A DNA stretch of 18,751 nt from an uncultured Candidatus Saccharibacteria bacterium (GTDB lineage: Bacteria > Patescibacteriota > Minisyncoccia > UBA6257 > UBA11618): contig CAYSNH010000002.1 of the NCBI GenBank assembly GCA_964432405.1, positions 24,695-43,445 on the forward strand. The letters run 5' to 3'. A program made the translations under genes and the position numbers. Shown in pieces: positions 1 to 8,271 of this stretch (its first letter is position 1; every line of letters begins with the position of its first letter). The notes beneath the pieces were generated by a model, which ran no database searches, was not told where the DNA came from, and worked only from the letters and a program-made list of their open reading frames with translations.

Positions 1-1818
1 AGTTTGATTAGGTGTAGCCTGACTCTGCATGTGCTGACCGATTTTGGTAACTTCACTAGATAAAGCAGCGGTAGCAGATTTAATTACTTCCAAATCTTCA
101 CCATCTTTAACCTGCTTTACATCAGCCACCTTCTTCTCCAAAGAATCTTTTAATTCAGCTGGGACTTTATCCCCTGCTTCACGCAAAGATTTTTCAGTTA
201 AGTGAACAAGTGTTTCGGCCTCGTTACGAGCCTCAACCAATTCTTTTTTCTTTTTATCTTCAGCTGCGTGTTGTACAGCCTCCTCTTTTAGTTTCTCCAC
301 CTCTTCCTTAGAAAGGTTAGAGCTAGCCTCAACCTTAACGGACTGACTCTTGTTGGTAGTCTTGTCCTTAGCTGAAACATTTAAGATGCCGTTAGCATCA
401 ATGTCAAAAGAAACTTCAATCTGAGGCACTCCTCGAGGAGCTGGGTTAACACCATCAAGAATAAAGCGAGCTAAAGTTTTGTTATCAGCTGCCATTTCTC
501 GCTCACCCTGCAAAACGTGAATCTCTACAGACGGCTGATTGTCAGCAGCGGTAGAGAAGACCTGGGTCTTAGCAGTTGGGATAGTAGTGTTTTTTTCAAT
601 TAATCGAGTGAAGACACCTCCTAAAGTTTCAATACCAAGAGATAATGGATTGACGTCTAAAAGAAGAATGTCTTTTACATCACCCTGAAGGATACCAGCC
701 TGAATAGCGGCTCCCATAGCAACTACCTCATCCGGATTAATATTTCGGTGAGGTTCTTTACCAAATTCTTTTTTAACCGCCTCCTGAATAGCTGGCATTC
801 TAGTCTGACCACCAACCAAGATTATTTCGTTAATATCACTAGTTTGAAAACCAGCGTCATTAATAACTTGCTTGGTAATTTTAAGAGAGTGGTCGATAAG
901 ATCTCTAGTTAACTCTTCTAATTTAGAACGAGTTAATTTCATTAAGAAGTGTTTTGGTCCAGCCTCTCCAGAACTGATGTAAGGGAGGTTGATTTCGGTC
1001 TCAACAGAAACAGAAAGCTCATGCTTAGCTCTTTCAACAGCTTCTCTAAGTCGTTGCATAGCTAAAGTATCCTGAGCGATATCAATTCCCTCTTGCTTCT
1101 TATATTCATCAACTAAATATTCATTTAACTTCTTATCGAAATCATCACCACCTAAGTGAGTGTCACCACCGGTAGATTTAACTTCCACAGTATTATCACC
1201 AACCTCTAACACAGAGACGTCAAAGGTACCACCACCAAAGTCATATACAACGATCTTTTCGTTAGCTTGCTTATCTAGACCATAAGCTAAAGCAGCAGCG
1301 GTTGGTTCATTAACAATACGACGAACTTTAAAGCCAGCGATCTCACCAGCATTTTTGGTAGCTTGACGCTGACTGTCATCGAAGTAAGCAGGGACGGTAA
1401 TAATAGCTTCCTCAATAGTTTCTCCTAGTTTAGCTTCTGCATCAGCCTTGATCTTGGCTAGAACGATAGCGGAGATCTCTTCTGGCTTATACCACTTATC
1501 ACCCATCTTCACCTCAACACCACCATTATCAGATTCCTTAATCTCATAAGATAGCCATTTAACATCACTTTGCACCTCAGCATCACTAAACTTGCGACCA
1601 ATAAGACGCTTAATAGAGTGCAAGGTATTTTCTGGATTGGTAATTGATTGCCTTTTAGCCAAAAGACCAGCTAAGCGCTCATCCGACTTACTCAAAGCCG
1701 CCACTGAAGGAGTGGTTCTATTACCTTCTTGATTTTCTAAGACTTTTGGTTGTCCGCCTTCGATAACTGCCATAGCGGAGTTGGTTGTTCCTAAGTCAAT
1801 TCCTAAAATTTTTGTCAT
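1..1818 (-). CDS. dnaK: Molecular chaperone DnaK (Hsp70); C-terminal end cut by the window edge
   Basis: Not in the ORF track because it runs off the window. The reverse complement of 1741-1818 reads [26 protein letters not shown] (Hsp70 phosphate-1 motif). Codons from 1260 downward read [20 protein letters not shown] (Hsp70 phosphate-2 motif). The frame is open to base 1 (...[13 protein letters not shown], no stop). It lies 14 nt downstream of grpE. Confidence 0.95.
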   Translation of the reverse strand, partial: MTKILGIDLGTTNSAMAVIEGGQPKVLENQEGNRTTPSVAALSKSDERLAGLLAKRQSITNPENTLHSIKRLIGRKFSDAEVQSDVKWLSYEIKESDNGGVEVKMGDKWYKPEEISAIVLAKIKADAEAKLGETIEEAIITVPAYFDDSQRQATKNAGEIAGFKVRRIVNEPTAAALAYGLDKQANEKIVVYDFGGGTFDVSVLEVGDNTVEVKSTGGDTHLGGDDFDKKLNEYLVDEYKKQEGIDIAQDTLAMQRLREAVERAKHELSVSVETEINLPYISSGEAGPKHFLMKLTRSKLEELTRDLIDHSLKITKQVINDAGFQTSDINEIILVGGQTRMPAIQEAVKKEFGKEPHRNINPDEVVAMGAAIQAGILQGDVKDILLLDVNPLSLGIETLGGVFTRLIEKNTTIPTAKTQVFSTAADNQPSVEIHVLQGEREMAADNKTLARFILDGVNPAPRGVPQIEVSFDIDANGILNVSAKDKTTNKSQSVKVEASSNLSKEEVEKLKEEAVQHAAEDKKKKELVEARNEAETLVHLTEKSLREAGDKVPAELKDSLEKKVADVKQVKDGEDLEVIKSATAALSSEVTKIGQHMQSQATPNQT

Positions 1819-1832
1819 ATTATTTATTTAAT

Positions 1833-2279
1833 TTACTTTGATACTTTTACTCTGGCTGGTCGGATAACCTTATCAGCTAACAAATAACCAGCTTCGACTT
1901 CTTCAATAACAATACTTGATTCTTGATCGCTATCAACTAAAGCAATAGCTTCGTGAAAAACAGGATCAAATTCCTGACCAACAGTTCCAGTTAGACGCTG
2001 TAAGCCATTTTTTTCTAAAACTTTTTCTAATTGAGATTTAATAAGTTTAATTCCCTCAACTTCTTCTTTTTTAACATTAGCTAGTGCTAAATCAAAGCTG
2101 TCTAGAACCGTTAAAAGCTCTTTGACCATGTCTTCATTAGCAAATTTAGAAACCTTATCTAATCTATCGGCTTCCTCTTTTTGATAATTAAGGAAATCTG
2201 CTTTGGCTCGCTTCCAGCCTGAAAGATATTCCTCGGCTTTCTGCTGCCATTCTGTTTGTTTGTTTTCTTTTTTGATCAT
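1833..2279 (-). CDS. grpE: Nucleotide exchange factor GrpE
   Basis: 148 aa. It has a GrpE-like coiled-coil N-terminus (WKRAKADFLNYQKEEADRL), then LLTVLDSFDLAL and a C-terminal beta domain (FDPVFHEAIA...GYLLADKVIRPARVKV). It sits directly upstream of dnaK. Confidence 0.9.
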   Translation of the reverse strand: MIKKENKQTEWQQKAEEYLSGWKRAKADFLNYQKEEADRLDKVSKFANEDMVKELLTVLDSFDLALANVKKEEVEGIKLIKSQLEKVLEKNGLQRLTGTVGQEFDPVFHEAIALVDSDQESSIVIEEVEAGYLLADKVIRPARVKVSK

Positions 2280-2296
2280 ATCAAAATCTGACTTAT

Positions 2297-2325
2297 ATAA
2301 TAATATGTTTTTATCATTTAGTCAA
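2297..2325 (-). promoter_or_regulatory. Putative sigma70-type promoter of grpE-dnaK
   Basis: Minus strand reads TTGACT (2320-2325), a 17 nt spacer, then TATTAT (2297-2302). This is 17 nt upstream of the grpE ATG and just downstream of the terminator of the preceding gene. I saw no CIRCE-like inverted repeat. Confidence 0.35.
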
Positions 2326-2342
2326 ATTATTTTTTGAAAAAT

Positions 2343-2368
2343 AAAAAAGCTCTCCTGAGAGGCTTTTT
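2343..2368 (-). terminator. Rho-independent terminator after the 181-aa secreted-protein gene
   Basis: Minus strand reads AAAAAGCCTCTC-AGGA-GAGAGCTTTTTT: an imperfect GC-containing stem with one bulge, followed by a T-run. It starts 9 nt after the stop at 2377. An A-run on the other side makes it potentially bidirectional. Confidence 0.5.
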
Positions 2369-2376
2369 AAGATAAG

Positions 2377-2922
2377 TTATCTAGTGCAACACCAAACTGA
2401 TCTGGTTGAGCAGTGATTAGCACCATATCGAACATCACCATTAGCCGCATCGATAACCATTCCTTCATATTTATTAGAAAGATCTGCTCTGATATCAGCT
2501 ACCCAAGCTGATGTATTACCAGCATCTTCTACCAAAGAAGGTTTATGACCTAGACGACAATCAATTGCTGTTGGATCAGAGGCGTAAACATCTTTACAAT
2601 ATTTTTTACCTCGCTCCTCTGCTGTACAAACCCACCAATTAGCCGGACAAGCAGAAGCAGCATCTCCCCAGTGAACTACGGTTTTGGAACGACTGATCTT
2701 CAAACCATTAATCTGACATTCACCTCCTGAGTTAACTAATTCAACGTTAGGTCTTCCCTGGCCCATTAAGCTTTGTTCTACAGAGGCTTCTCCAACAGCT
2801 GCGTCAACTTGAGATAAGAATTGATCATTAGAAACAGAAGGAGCTGTGAAAGATATCCAATAAACTATTAGCGACAAAACTGCTAGAAATAGAACTGGAT
2901 TATAATTTGAAGATTTTTTCAT
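2377..2922 (-). CDS. Secreted cysteine-rich protein of unknown function, paralogous to the C-terminal module of the next gene
   Basis: 181 aa. N-terminal signal-like segment MKKSSNYNPVLFLAVLSLIVYWISFTAPS. Residues about 54-181 hold 8 Cys and the motifs GQGRP, GEC, GLKISRS, CPxNWWVCTAEER, AWVAD and VWCC, all shared with the 434-aa neighbour. It lies 5 nt downstream of that gene. Confidence 0.7.
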   Translation of the reverse strand: MKKSSNYNPVLFLAVLSLIVYWISFTAPSVSNDQFLSQVDAAVGEASVEQSLMGQGRPNVELVNSGGECQINGLKISRSKTVVHWGDAASACPANWWVCTAEERGKKYCKDVYASDPTAIDCRLGHKPSLVEDAGNTSAWVADIRADLSNKYEGMVIDAANGDVRYGANHCSTRSVWCCTR

Positions 2923-2927
2923 ATTAA

Positions 2928-4232
2928 TTAATTATTAGCACAACACCATACTGGATATTTTTCACAAACTGCTCCTTCGCTAGTATTACCATTAATACTA
3001 ACTGATTTTCCAGAAACTCCAGTAGAGGGGTAATTATAAGCGTCAGCTACCCAAGCGTTAATTACGCCCTCTTGCTCAAAAACTCCATTCCAAAAAGTTG
3101 TTTCAAATCCAAAAGTCCAAATTGTGCCAGCACTTAATTCATTTAAGTGACTAGCTCCTTGTTTGTAAAAATAGACCGTAGGGGCTGATATACTACTTCC
3201 ATAATTTGTATAGTTTGAGTAACAACCTTTAATGGTATAGGTATCTGTACCACAAGAATCCGTAGTTCTTTCAGCGGCAGTACATACCCACCAGCCCTTA
3301 GGACAAGAAGCGGCAGCTCCTTCCCATCTAACAGATGGGATGCTTCTAGATATTTTTAACCCTCCCTTAACACACTCTCCACTAGTGTTCTTTACAACAA
3401 CTCCTGGTCGGCCCTGACCCCACAAATGATCACCTGGCAAATAATCCCATTCAGCTTTACCACCATCAGTACCAGCTTTAAGAAACTTTCCTCTAACGGG
3501 CGAGCCTCCTTTTATTTTTAACTGCCCCATAATCTCTACCAAGCCACTCTCATCAATCCTCATTCTATTTGAAGAAACCGTGGAGCCTTCTGGAGTGGTG
3601 TAAAAAGAAAGGTCGCCGGGTGACTGGTCAGAGTCCCAAGTTTCTCGAGCTGTTCCTTGAATATATGATCCAACACGAGGATTAGCCTCACTACCACCAT
3701 CAGTACCAGTGAATATAATCCTACCCAAAGCATTACCGCCATTAATACTGTTATCTATTCTTTTAAAGGCCATCTTTACCGCCGTACTGTTGTCGGCTAT
3801 TTCTAATTTTGAGCTGGGGCTGGTAGTGCCAATGCTAAGTTTTTTCAAAAAAGCTGCGTCACCACTAGCATTGTCGATCTCAAATACATACTGTCCACCA
3901 CCCGTCACAGCATAATCATAGATATAAAAATTGTCATTGCTCTTATGAGATCCTATCCCCCACTTACGATCCCCCGACTCACCTAAAGAGAACTGTCCCC
4001 AAGAAGCTCCGTAGTCCAGTAAAAGCTCTACCGAAGCATCCTTTTCTTTAACGTGCAATCTTGCATCAGGAGATTCTGTACCAATACCCACATTGTCATC
4101 ATCAGCTGCTAATAAACCATTATCATTAGGAGGTGCTGCGGTAGGGCCTTGGAAAGCAAAAATCGTGCGAATGCTAACCACTAATAAAAGGGCCGCCACA
4201 GCAATAACAGCTACGTAGAAGTAGTTTCTCAT
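2928..4232 (-). CDS. Secreted or membrane-anchored surface protein: tail-fibre-like N-terminal region plus an 8-Cys C-terminal module
   Basis: 434 aa. Hydrophobic N-terminus (YFYVAVIAVAALLLVVSI). Two copies of a [VI]GIGTxSPxxxLx[VI] motif (NVGIGTESPDARLHV and KLSIGTTSPSSKLEI), as seen in tail-fibre-like surface proteins. All 8 Cys lie in the C-terminal residues about 272-434 and align with those of the 181-aa paralog. Confidence 0.75.
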   Translation of the reverse strand: MRNYFYVAVIAVAALLLVVSIRTIFAFQGPTAAPPNDNGLLAADDDNVGIGTESPDARLHVKEKDASVELLLDYGASWGQFSLGESGDRKWGIGSHKSNDNFYIYDYAVTGGGQYVFEIDNASGDAAFLKKLSIGTTSPSSKLEIADNSTAVKMAFKRIDNSINGGNALGRIIFTGTDGGSEANPRVGSYIQGTARETWDSDQSPGDLSFYTTPEGSTVSSNRMRIDESGLVEIMGQLKIKGGSPVRGKFLKAGTDGGKAEWDYLPGDHLWGQGRPGVVVKNTSGECVKGGLKISRSIPSVRWEGAAASCPKGWWVCTAAERTTDSCGTDTYTIKGCYSNYTNYGSSISAPTVYFYKQGASHLNELSAGTIWTFGFETTFWNGVFEQEGVINAWVADAYNYPSTGVSGKSVSINGNTSEGAVCEKYPVWCCANN

Positions 4233-4239
4233 TGCTTTG

Positions 4240-4245
4240 ATTATA
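4240..4245 (-). promoter_or_regulatory. -10 box (TATAAT) 7 nt upstream of the 434-aa gene ATG
   Basis: Minus strand reads GGGGTATAAT-CAAAGCA-ATG. No SD-like sequence lies between, and the -35 is poor (AAGATA at 17 nt spacing). Confidence 0.3.
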
Positions 4246-4266
4246 CCCCGTCACAGACTACTTATC

Positions 4267-4294
4267 TTGTGGATAAAAGGGAAAGTGATATGAT
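4267..4294 (+). promoter_or_regulatory. Putative cysS promoter; the -10 lies 7 nt from the ATG
   Basis: TTGTGG (4267-4272), 16 nt spacer, TATGAT (4289-4294), then TTAATAA and ATG at 4302. There is no SD. The -35 overlaps a perfect DnaA-box 9-mer, TGTGGATAA (4268-4276). Confidence 0.3.
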
Positions 4295-4301
4295 TTAATA
4301 A

Positions 4302-5603
4302 ATGCTTCTATACGACTCTCTTTCTGAAAAAAAGAAAAAAGTGGTTAAACCTGCTAAGGGAGATTTAAAACTCTTTGTTTGTGGTCCCACCGTATATGAC
4401 GATGCTCACATTGGTCATGCTCGCACTTATATTGTTTTTGATGCTCTGGTTAAATATCTTCGCTCTCAAAAAACAAAGGTGTTCTATCTTCAGAATATTA
4501 CCGACATTGATGACAAGATTATTAATAGAGCCAAATTAAAGAAACAAGACCCTAAAGAACTTGCTCGTCAATTTGAAAAAGAATACCAGCAAGACATGAA
4601 GGCTTTGGGAGTTAATAGTGTTGATAAATACGCTCGAGCTAGCACTCACCTCGCTCAGATTAAAAAACAAATTAGCACACTCCTTAAAAAAGGATTTGCT
4701 TATGAAACTGATAATGGAGTTTATTTTGAAATTAAAAAGTTTCCTCGTTATGGCCAGCTTTCTAAGCAGAACCTTGATGAGTTAAAGGCTGGGTGGCGTG
4801 TAGAGCCGGATCTGCAAAAAAAAGATCCTATGGATTTTGCTCTATGGAAAAAAACAGATACTGATTGGAATTTTAATAGTCCTTGGGGGAAAGGACGTCC
4901 TGGATGGCACATAGAAGATACTGCTATTAGTGAAAAATATCTCGGCTCTCAATACGATCTTCATGGAGCAGCAGTTGATCTCAAGTTTCCTCATCATGAA
5001 TCAGAGATAGCTCAACAAGAGGCGGCTTCTGGCAAGAAGCCATTTGTGAAGATATGGATTCACGCTGGTTTTCTATTAGTGAATGGTGAAAAAATGTCTA
5101 AGAGCGCGGGTAACTTTATTACCATCAAAGACTTTCTCAAAAAATATCCGGCTAATGTATTACGTATGATTGTTTTGAGCAATCACTATCGCTCCCCCAT
5201 AAACTACACCCACAAGACGGCTGAACAACAAAGAACCTCTCTAGATAGAATATTTAACTTCTTTAGAACGGTCACTTTAAAAAAAGAACCTAAAGGGGTG
5301 GGGGGTCTTATAAAAAAAGCTGAGAAGCAATTTATTGCTGCTCTAGAAAATGATTTTCATACTCCTAAAGCCTTGGCCGTCATCTTCTCTTTTATTAGCA
5401 AAGCCCCTAAAACAGAAGAGGCTAAAAAATGGATAGCTGACAAATTAAAACTTCTTGGATTGGATCTAAAAACTCCTAAGCCAACTAGTAAAATAAATAA
5501 AATGGTTCAAGAAAGAGAACAGATGCGCCAGCAAAGACAGTATAAAGAAGCTGATAAATTAAGAAGGAAAATAGAAGTGCTAGGATTTTTGGTTGAAGAC
5601 TAG
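4302..5603 (+). CDS. cysS: Cysteine--tRNA ligase
   Basis: 433 aa. Class I synthetase HIGH motif in the CysS context (CGPTVYDDAHIGHARTY), KMSKS motif (GEKMSKSAGNF), and WHIEDTAIS / FPHHESEIAQ resembling the CysS zinc and active-site regions. Confidence 0.95.
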   Translation: MLLYDSLSEKKKKVVKPAKGDLKLFVCGPTVYDDAHIGHARTYIVFDALVKYLRSQKTKVFYLQNITDIDDKIINRAKLKKQDPKELARQFEKEYQQDMKALGVNSVDKYARASTHLAQIKKQISTLLKKGFAYETDNGVYFEIKKFPRYGQLSKQNLDELKAGWRVEPDLQKKDPMDFALWKKTDTDWNFNSPWGKGRPGWHIEDTAISEKYLGSQYDLHGAAVDLKFPHHESEIAQQEAASGKKPFVKIWIHAGFLLVNGEKMSKSAGNFITIKDFLKKYPANVLRMIVLSNHYRSPINYTHKTAEQQRTSLDRIFNFFRTVTLKKEPKGVGGLIKKAEKQFIAALENDFHTPKALAVIFSFISKAPKTEEAKKWIADKLKLLGLDLKTPKPTSKINKMVQEREQMRQQRQYKEADKLRRKIEVLGFLVED

Positions 5604-5609
5604 TATAAT
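5604..5609 (+). promoter_or_regulatory. TATAAT hexamer 9 nt upstream of the dnaB ATG
   Basis: Reads gacTAGTATAATgtatgaactATG. The hexamer starts directly after the cysS stop codon. I found no SD and no good -35. It may be a chance match in AT-rich sequence. Confidence 0.2.
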
Positions 5610-5618
5610 GTATGAACT

Positions 5619-6968
5619 ATGGCCAACCTTAAACTACCCCCTCAAAACTTAGAAGCCGAGGAGTCGGTTTTAGGATCTTTGATGATGGATAAGGATGCTG
5701 TCATTAAGGTGGTGGACATCTTGTTGCCTGATGATTTCTATACTCCCTCTCACGGCAAAATCTATGGCGAAATTCTCAATCTTTTTCAGAAACACCAACC
5801 GGTTGATCTTCTGAGTGTTACCAGTCGCCTTAAAGAAGCTAACCTTCTTAAGAGTGTTGGTGGTTCTAGTTATATAACTAAATTAATTGATGGAGTACCT
5901 ACAGCTTCTAATGTTGGGCACTACGCCAAAATAGTTAAGGAGAAAAAAATTCTTAGAGATCTAATTAGGGTAGCTGGTGATATCAGTGAAACAGCCTTCA
6001 CAACCACTGAGGATGTTGATGAGGTCTTAGGCGAGATTGAGAAGAAGGTTTTCGCTGTTTCTCAAAAATCAGTAGCCAACAAGTTTAGTATTATTAAAGA
6101 TGAATTAAAAAGCGCTTATGAGAGAATTGAAAAACTTCATCGAGGAGAGGGGCGCTTAAGAGGTGTCGGAACTGGCTTTACCGGCATCGACAATTATCTC
6201 TCTGGTCTTCAAAAATCCGACCTAGTTATCTTAGGAGCAAGGCCGTCGGTAGGTAAAACTACCTTTGCTTTGGATGTAGCTCGACACGCTGCAATCAAGG
6301 AAGGTAAGTCTGTGGGTATCTTTTCTTTAGAAATGAGCCGGGAACAGGTTATCGACCGTTTAATATCAGCTGAGGCAAGGGTTCCCTTGTGGAAGCTAAG
6401 AACTGGACGCTTAAGTGATGATACGGAGTTTGAATTGATTCAAGCTAGTTTAGACACTCTTTCTAAAGTGCCTATCTTTGTTGATGATACCCCCAGCCCA
6501 AATATGCTGCAGATGAGATCAATGGCTCGTCGCCTACAAGCCGAGCATGGCTTAGATCTTATTTTGGTAGATTATCTGCAATTAATTCAACCGAAGAGTA
6601 GTAGCTTTAATTTAGTTCAACAAATTACCGAAATATCTCGTGAATTAAAAGGACTAGCTCGAGAATTAGATGTTCCTGTATTATCACTAGCTCAGCTTTC
6701 TCGATCGGTGGATCATAGAGAGGTAAAAATTCCTCGATTGTCAGATTTAAGAGACAGTGGATCTATCGAACAAGATGCGGATGTAGTTATGTTTATTTAT
6801 CGACCTGATAGAGACAAGCAGAATCCCGAGCCAGAAGAGAAAAACACTACAGAAATTATTATCGCTAAACATCGTAATGGTCCATTAGGAACGGTTAAAT
6901 TAAAGTTCGATCCTGACCAAGTTACTTTTCAAAATATTGATACTGTCCATGTTTCCTCAACCAATTAA
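5619..6968 (+). CDS. dnaB: Replicative DNA helicase DnaB
   Basis: 449 aa. N-terminal PPQNLEAEESVLGSLMMDKDAV (DnaB signature), Walker A GARPSVGKTTFAL, and LILVDYLQLI and IIAKHRNGPLG motifs. Confidence 0.95.
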   Translation: MANLKLPPQNLEAEESVLGSLMMDKDAVIKVVDILLPDDFYTPSHGKIYGEILNLFQKHQPVDLLSVTSRLKEANLLKSVGGSSYITKLIDGVPTASNVGHYAKIVKEKKILRDLIRVAGDISETAFTTTEDVDEVLGEIEKKVFAVSQKSVANKFSIIKDELKSAYERIEKLHRGEGRLRGVGTGFTGIDNYLSGLQKSDLVILGARPSVGKTTFALDVARHAAIKEGKSVGIFSLEMSREQVIDRLISAEARVPLWKLRTGRLSDDTEFELIQASLDTLSKVPIFVDDTPSPNMLQMRSMARRLQAEHGLDLILVDYLQLIQPKSSSFNLVQQITEISRELKGLARELDVPVLSLAQLSRSVDHREVKIPRLSDLRDSGSIEQDADVVMFIYRPDRDKQNPEPEEKNTTEIIIAKHRNGPLGTVKLKFDPDQVTFQNIDTVHVSSTN

Positions 6969-7548
6969 AAAATTTATAGATCTCTTCTCTACCCTGCCCT
7001 CAATTGGCCCCCGACAAGCTGCTCGCCTCGCCTTTCACTTAATCAGCTTGGGAAAAGGAACGACTGCTGAATTTGCCCAATCTATTGCCGATCTACAAAA
7101 ATTAAAAACCTGCCCTCAGTGCTTCTTCATCCATGCTCAGATTGGTAATGAGTGTCATATTTGCAACAACCCTCAACGCCGGAAAGATATTATAATGATA
7201 GTGGAAAAAGAAACTGACCTAATGTCATTGGAAAAAGCAAAGCGTTATCAAGGCCGTTACTTCATCATTGGTGACTTAAAAAAGAAAAGTGCTTTTGATG
7301 CCGAACAAAAGTTAAAGATTAATACTTTGAAAGCTTATATTGAAAATAATTTAGATGGTCAGGCTGAGGAGATTATCCTAGCCATCAGCCCCACCACCCA
7401 CGGAGATCTTCACACCTCCTTGATAGCTCAGGAGTTAGTTGGGGTTAGTAAAAAAATAACCCGTCTGGGACGGGGTATTCCTACGGGCGGCGAGATAGAG
7501 TTTGCTGATGAAGAAACTCTAGATGGGGCATTGATTAACCGGGGTTAA
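6949..7548 (+). CDS. recR: Recombination protein RecR
   Basis: MFPQPIKKFIDLFSTLPSIGPRQAARLAFHL (RecR HhH N-terminus), a C4 zinc finger CPQC-x12-CHIC, and a Toprim-like region. The ORF track starts at TTG 6937; I prefer ATG 6949. Either start overlaps the end of dnaB. Confidence 0.9.
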   Translation: MFPQPIKKFIDLFSTLPSIGPRQAARLAFHLISLGKGTTAEFAQSIADLQKLKTCPQCFFIHAQIGNECHICNNPQRRKDIIMIVEKETDLMSLEKAKRYQGRYFIIGDLKKKSAFDAEQKLKINTLKAYIENNLDGQAEEIILAISPTTHGDLHTSLIAQELVGVSKKITRLGRGIPTGGEIEFADEETLDGALINRG

Positions 7549-7856
7549 TTAATCCCCACTATCTCTAATTCGGTATAAGGCTGACGATGACCCTTTCTCT
7601 TCATCTGTCGAGTCTTGTTCTTATATTTAAAAACAATCACTTTATCAGCTTTGCCTTGGCCAAGAACCTTAGCTTCTACCTTCTTACCTTCAACATAAGG
7701 TTTGCCTAATTCAATCTTGTCGTCATTAGCTGTTAAGAGAACTTTATCAAAAACAAATTCAGCCCCCTTTTCAACGGCTAATTTCTCTACTTTTATTTTT
7801 TGACCAGGAGCAACCTTATACTGCTTGCCACCGGTTTCAATAACTGCAAATGTCAT
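7545..7856 (-). CDS. rplU: 50S ribosomal protein L21
   Basis: 103 aa. MTFAVIETGGKQYKVAPGQKIKVEKL...VFKYKNKTRQMKRKGHRQPYTELEI is a canonical L21 sequence. Its stop overlaps the recR stop inside the palindrome TTAATTAA. Confidence 0.95.
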   Translation of the reverse strand: MTFAVIETGGKQYKVAPGQKIKVEKLAVEKGAEFVFDKVLLTANDDKIELGKPYVEGKKVEAKVLGQGKADKVIVFKYKNKTRQMKRKGHRQPYTELEIVGIN

Positions 7857-7861
7857 AATCT

Positions 7862-8200
7862 TTAATTAACAGCAATTATAACGCTAATTGTCAACAAAAT
7901 CAACAGTGAGATCAAAATACTAGAAAAAGCTAACAAATAAGAGAGGAAGCGTTCGCGATAATAAAAGGTAATGGCTAAAAAGGCGTTTATTATATTAAGG
8001 ACTAGTCCGATCAATAAAATTCCATAAACATTGGCTTTAGATCCTAGAAAATCAGGTACCTCATTATAGCTATCAAAATGAATGATTAAGAGGTGTTGAA
8101 CTTCTCCTAGTTGGACGTATGTCATAGAAAAAGCCACCACTAAAAGAAAGAGGCTTAGGAGATAGGCGCTGAATAATATTTTATTTCTATAAAGTTCCAT
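7862..8200 (-). CDS. Small integral membrane protein (about 3 TM segments), function unknown
   Basis: 112 aa with three long hydrophobic stretches. It lies 5 nt upstream of rplU and has a good promoter upstream. I recognise no family. Confidence 0.5.
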   Translation of the reverse strand: MELYRNKILFSAYLLSLFLLVVAFSMTYVQLGEVQHLLIIHFDSYNEVPDFLGSKANVYGILLIGLVLNIINAFLAITFYYRERFLSYLLAFSSILISLLILLTISVIIAVN

Positions 8201-8228
8201 GTTTTGACTAACAACCTACTTATATGAT

Positions 8229-8257
8229 TGTATAAATAACTACCAGCACTTTGTCAA
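8229..8257 (-). promoter_or_regulatory. Putative sigma70-type promoter for the membrane protein-rplU unit
   Basis: Minus strand reads TTGACA (8252-8257), 17 nt spacer, TATACA (8229-8234), about 28 nt upstream of the ATG at 8200. Confidence 0.45.
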
Positions 8258-8271
8258 AGGAGAAACTCACT

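Noticed and set aside
2280-2376. CIRCE/HrcA operator (TTAGCACTC-N9-GAGTGCTAA) upstream of grpE-dnaK.
   Set aside because: No matching inverted repeat is present. Only a promoter-like TTGACT-17-TATTAT and the preceding gene's terminator are visible, and no hrcA gene is adjacent.
3560-3915. ORFs 3560-3742 (-) and 3709-3915 (+) from the track.
   Set aside because: They lie entirely within, or antisense to, the well-supported 434-aa CDS. They have low-complexity hydrophobic translations and no start context. They are most likely shadow ORFs.
2377-4232. Diversity-generating retroelement (DGR) target genes, since lectin-like C-terminal modules in small-genome bacteria are often DGR variable regions.
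   Set aside because: The window contains no reverse transcriptase ORF and no non-coding template repeat. The two C-terminal modules differ throughout at the nucleotide level rather than at adenine-specific positions. A DGR elsewhere in the genome cannot be excluded.
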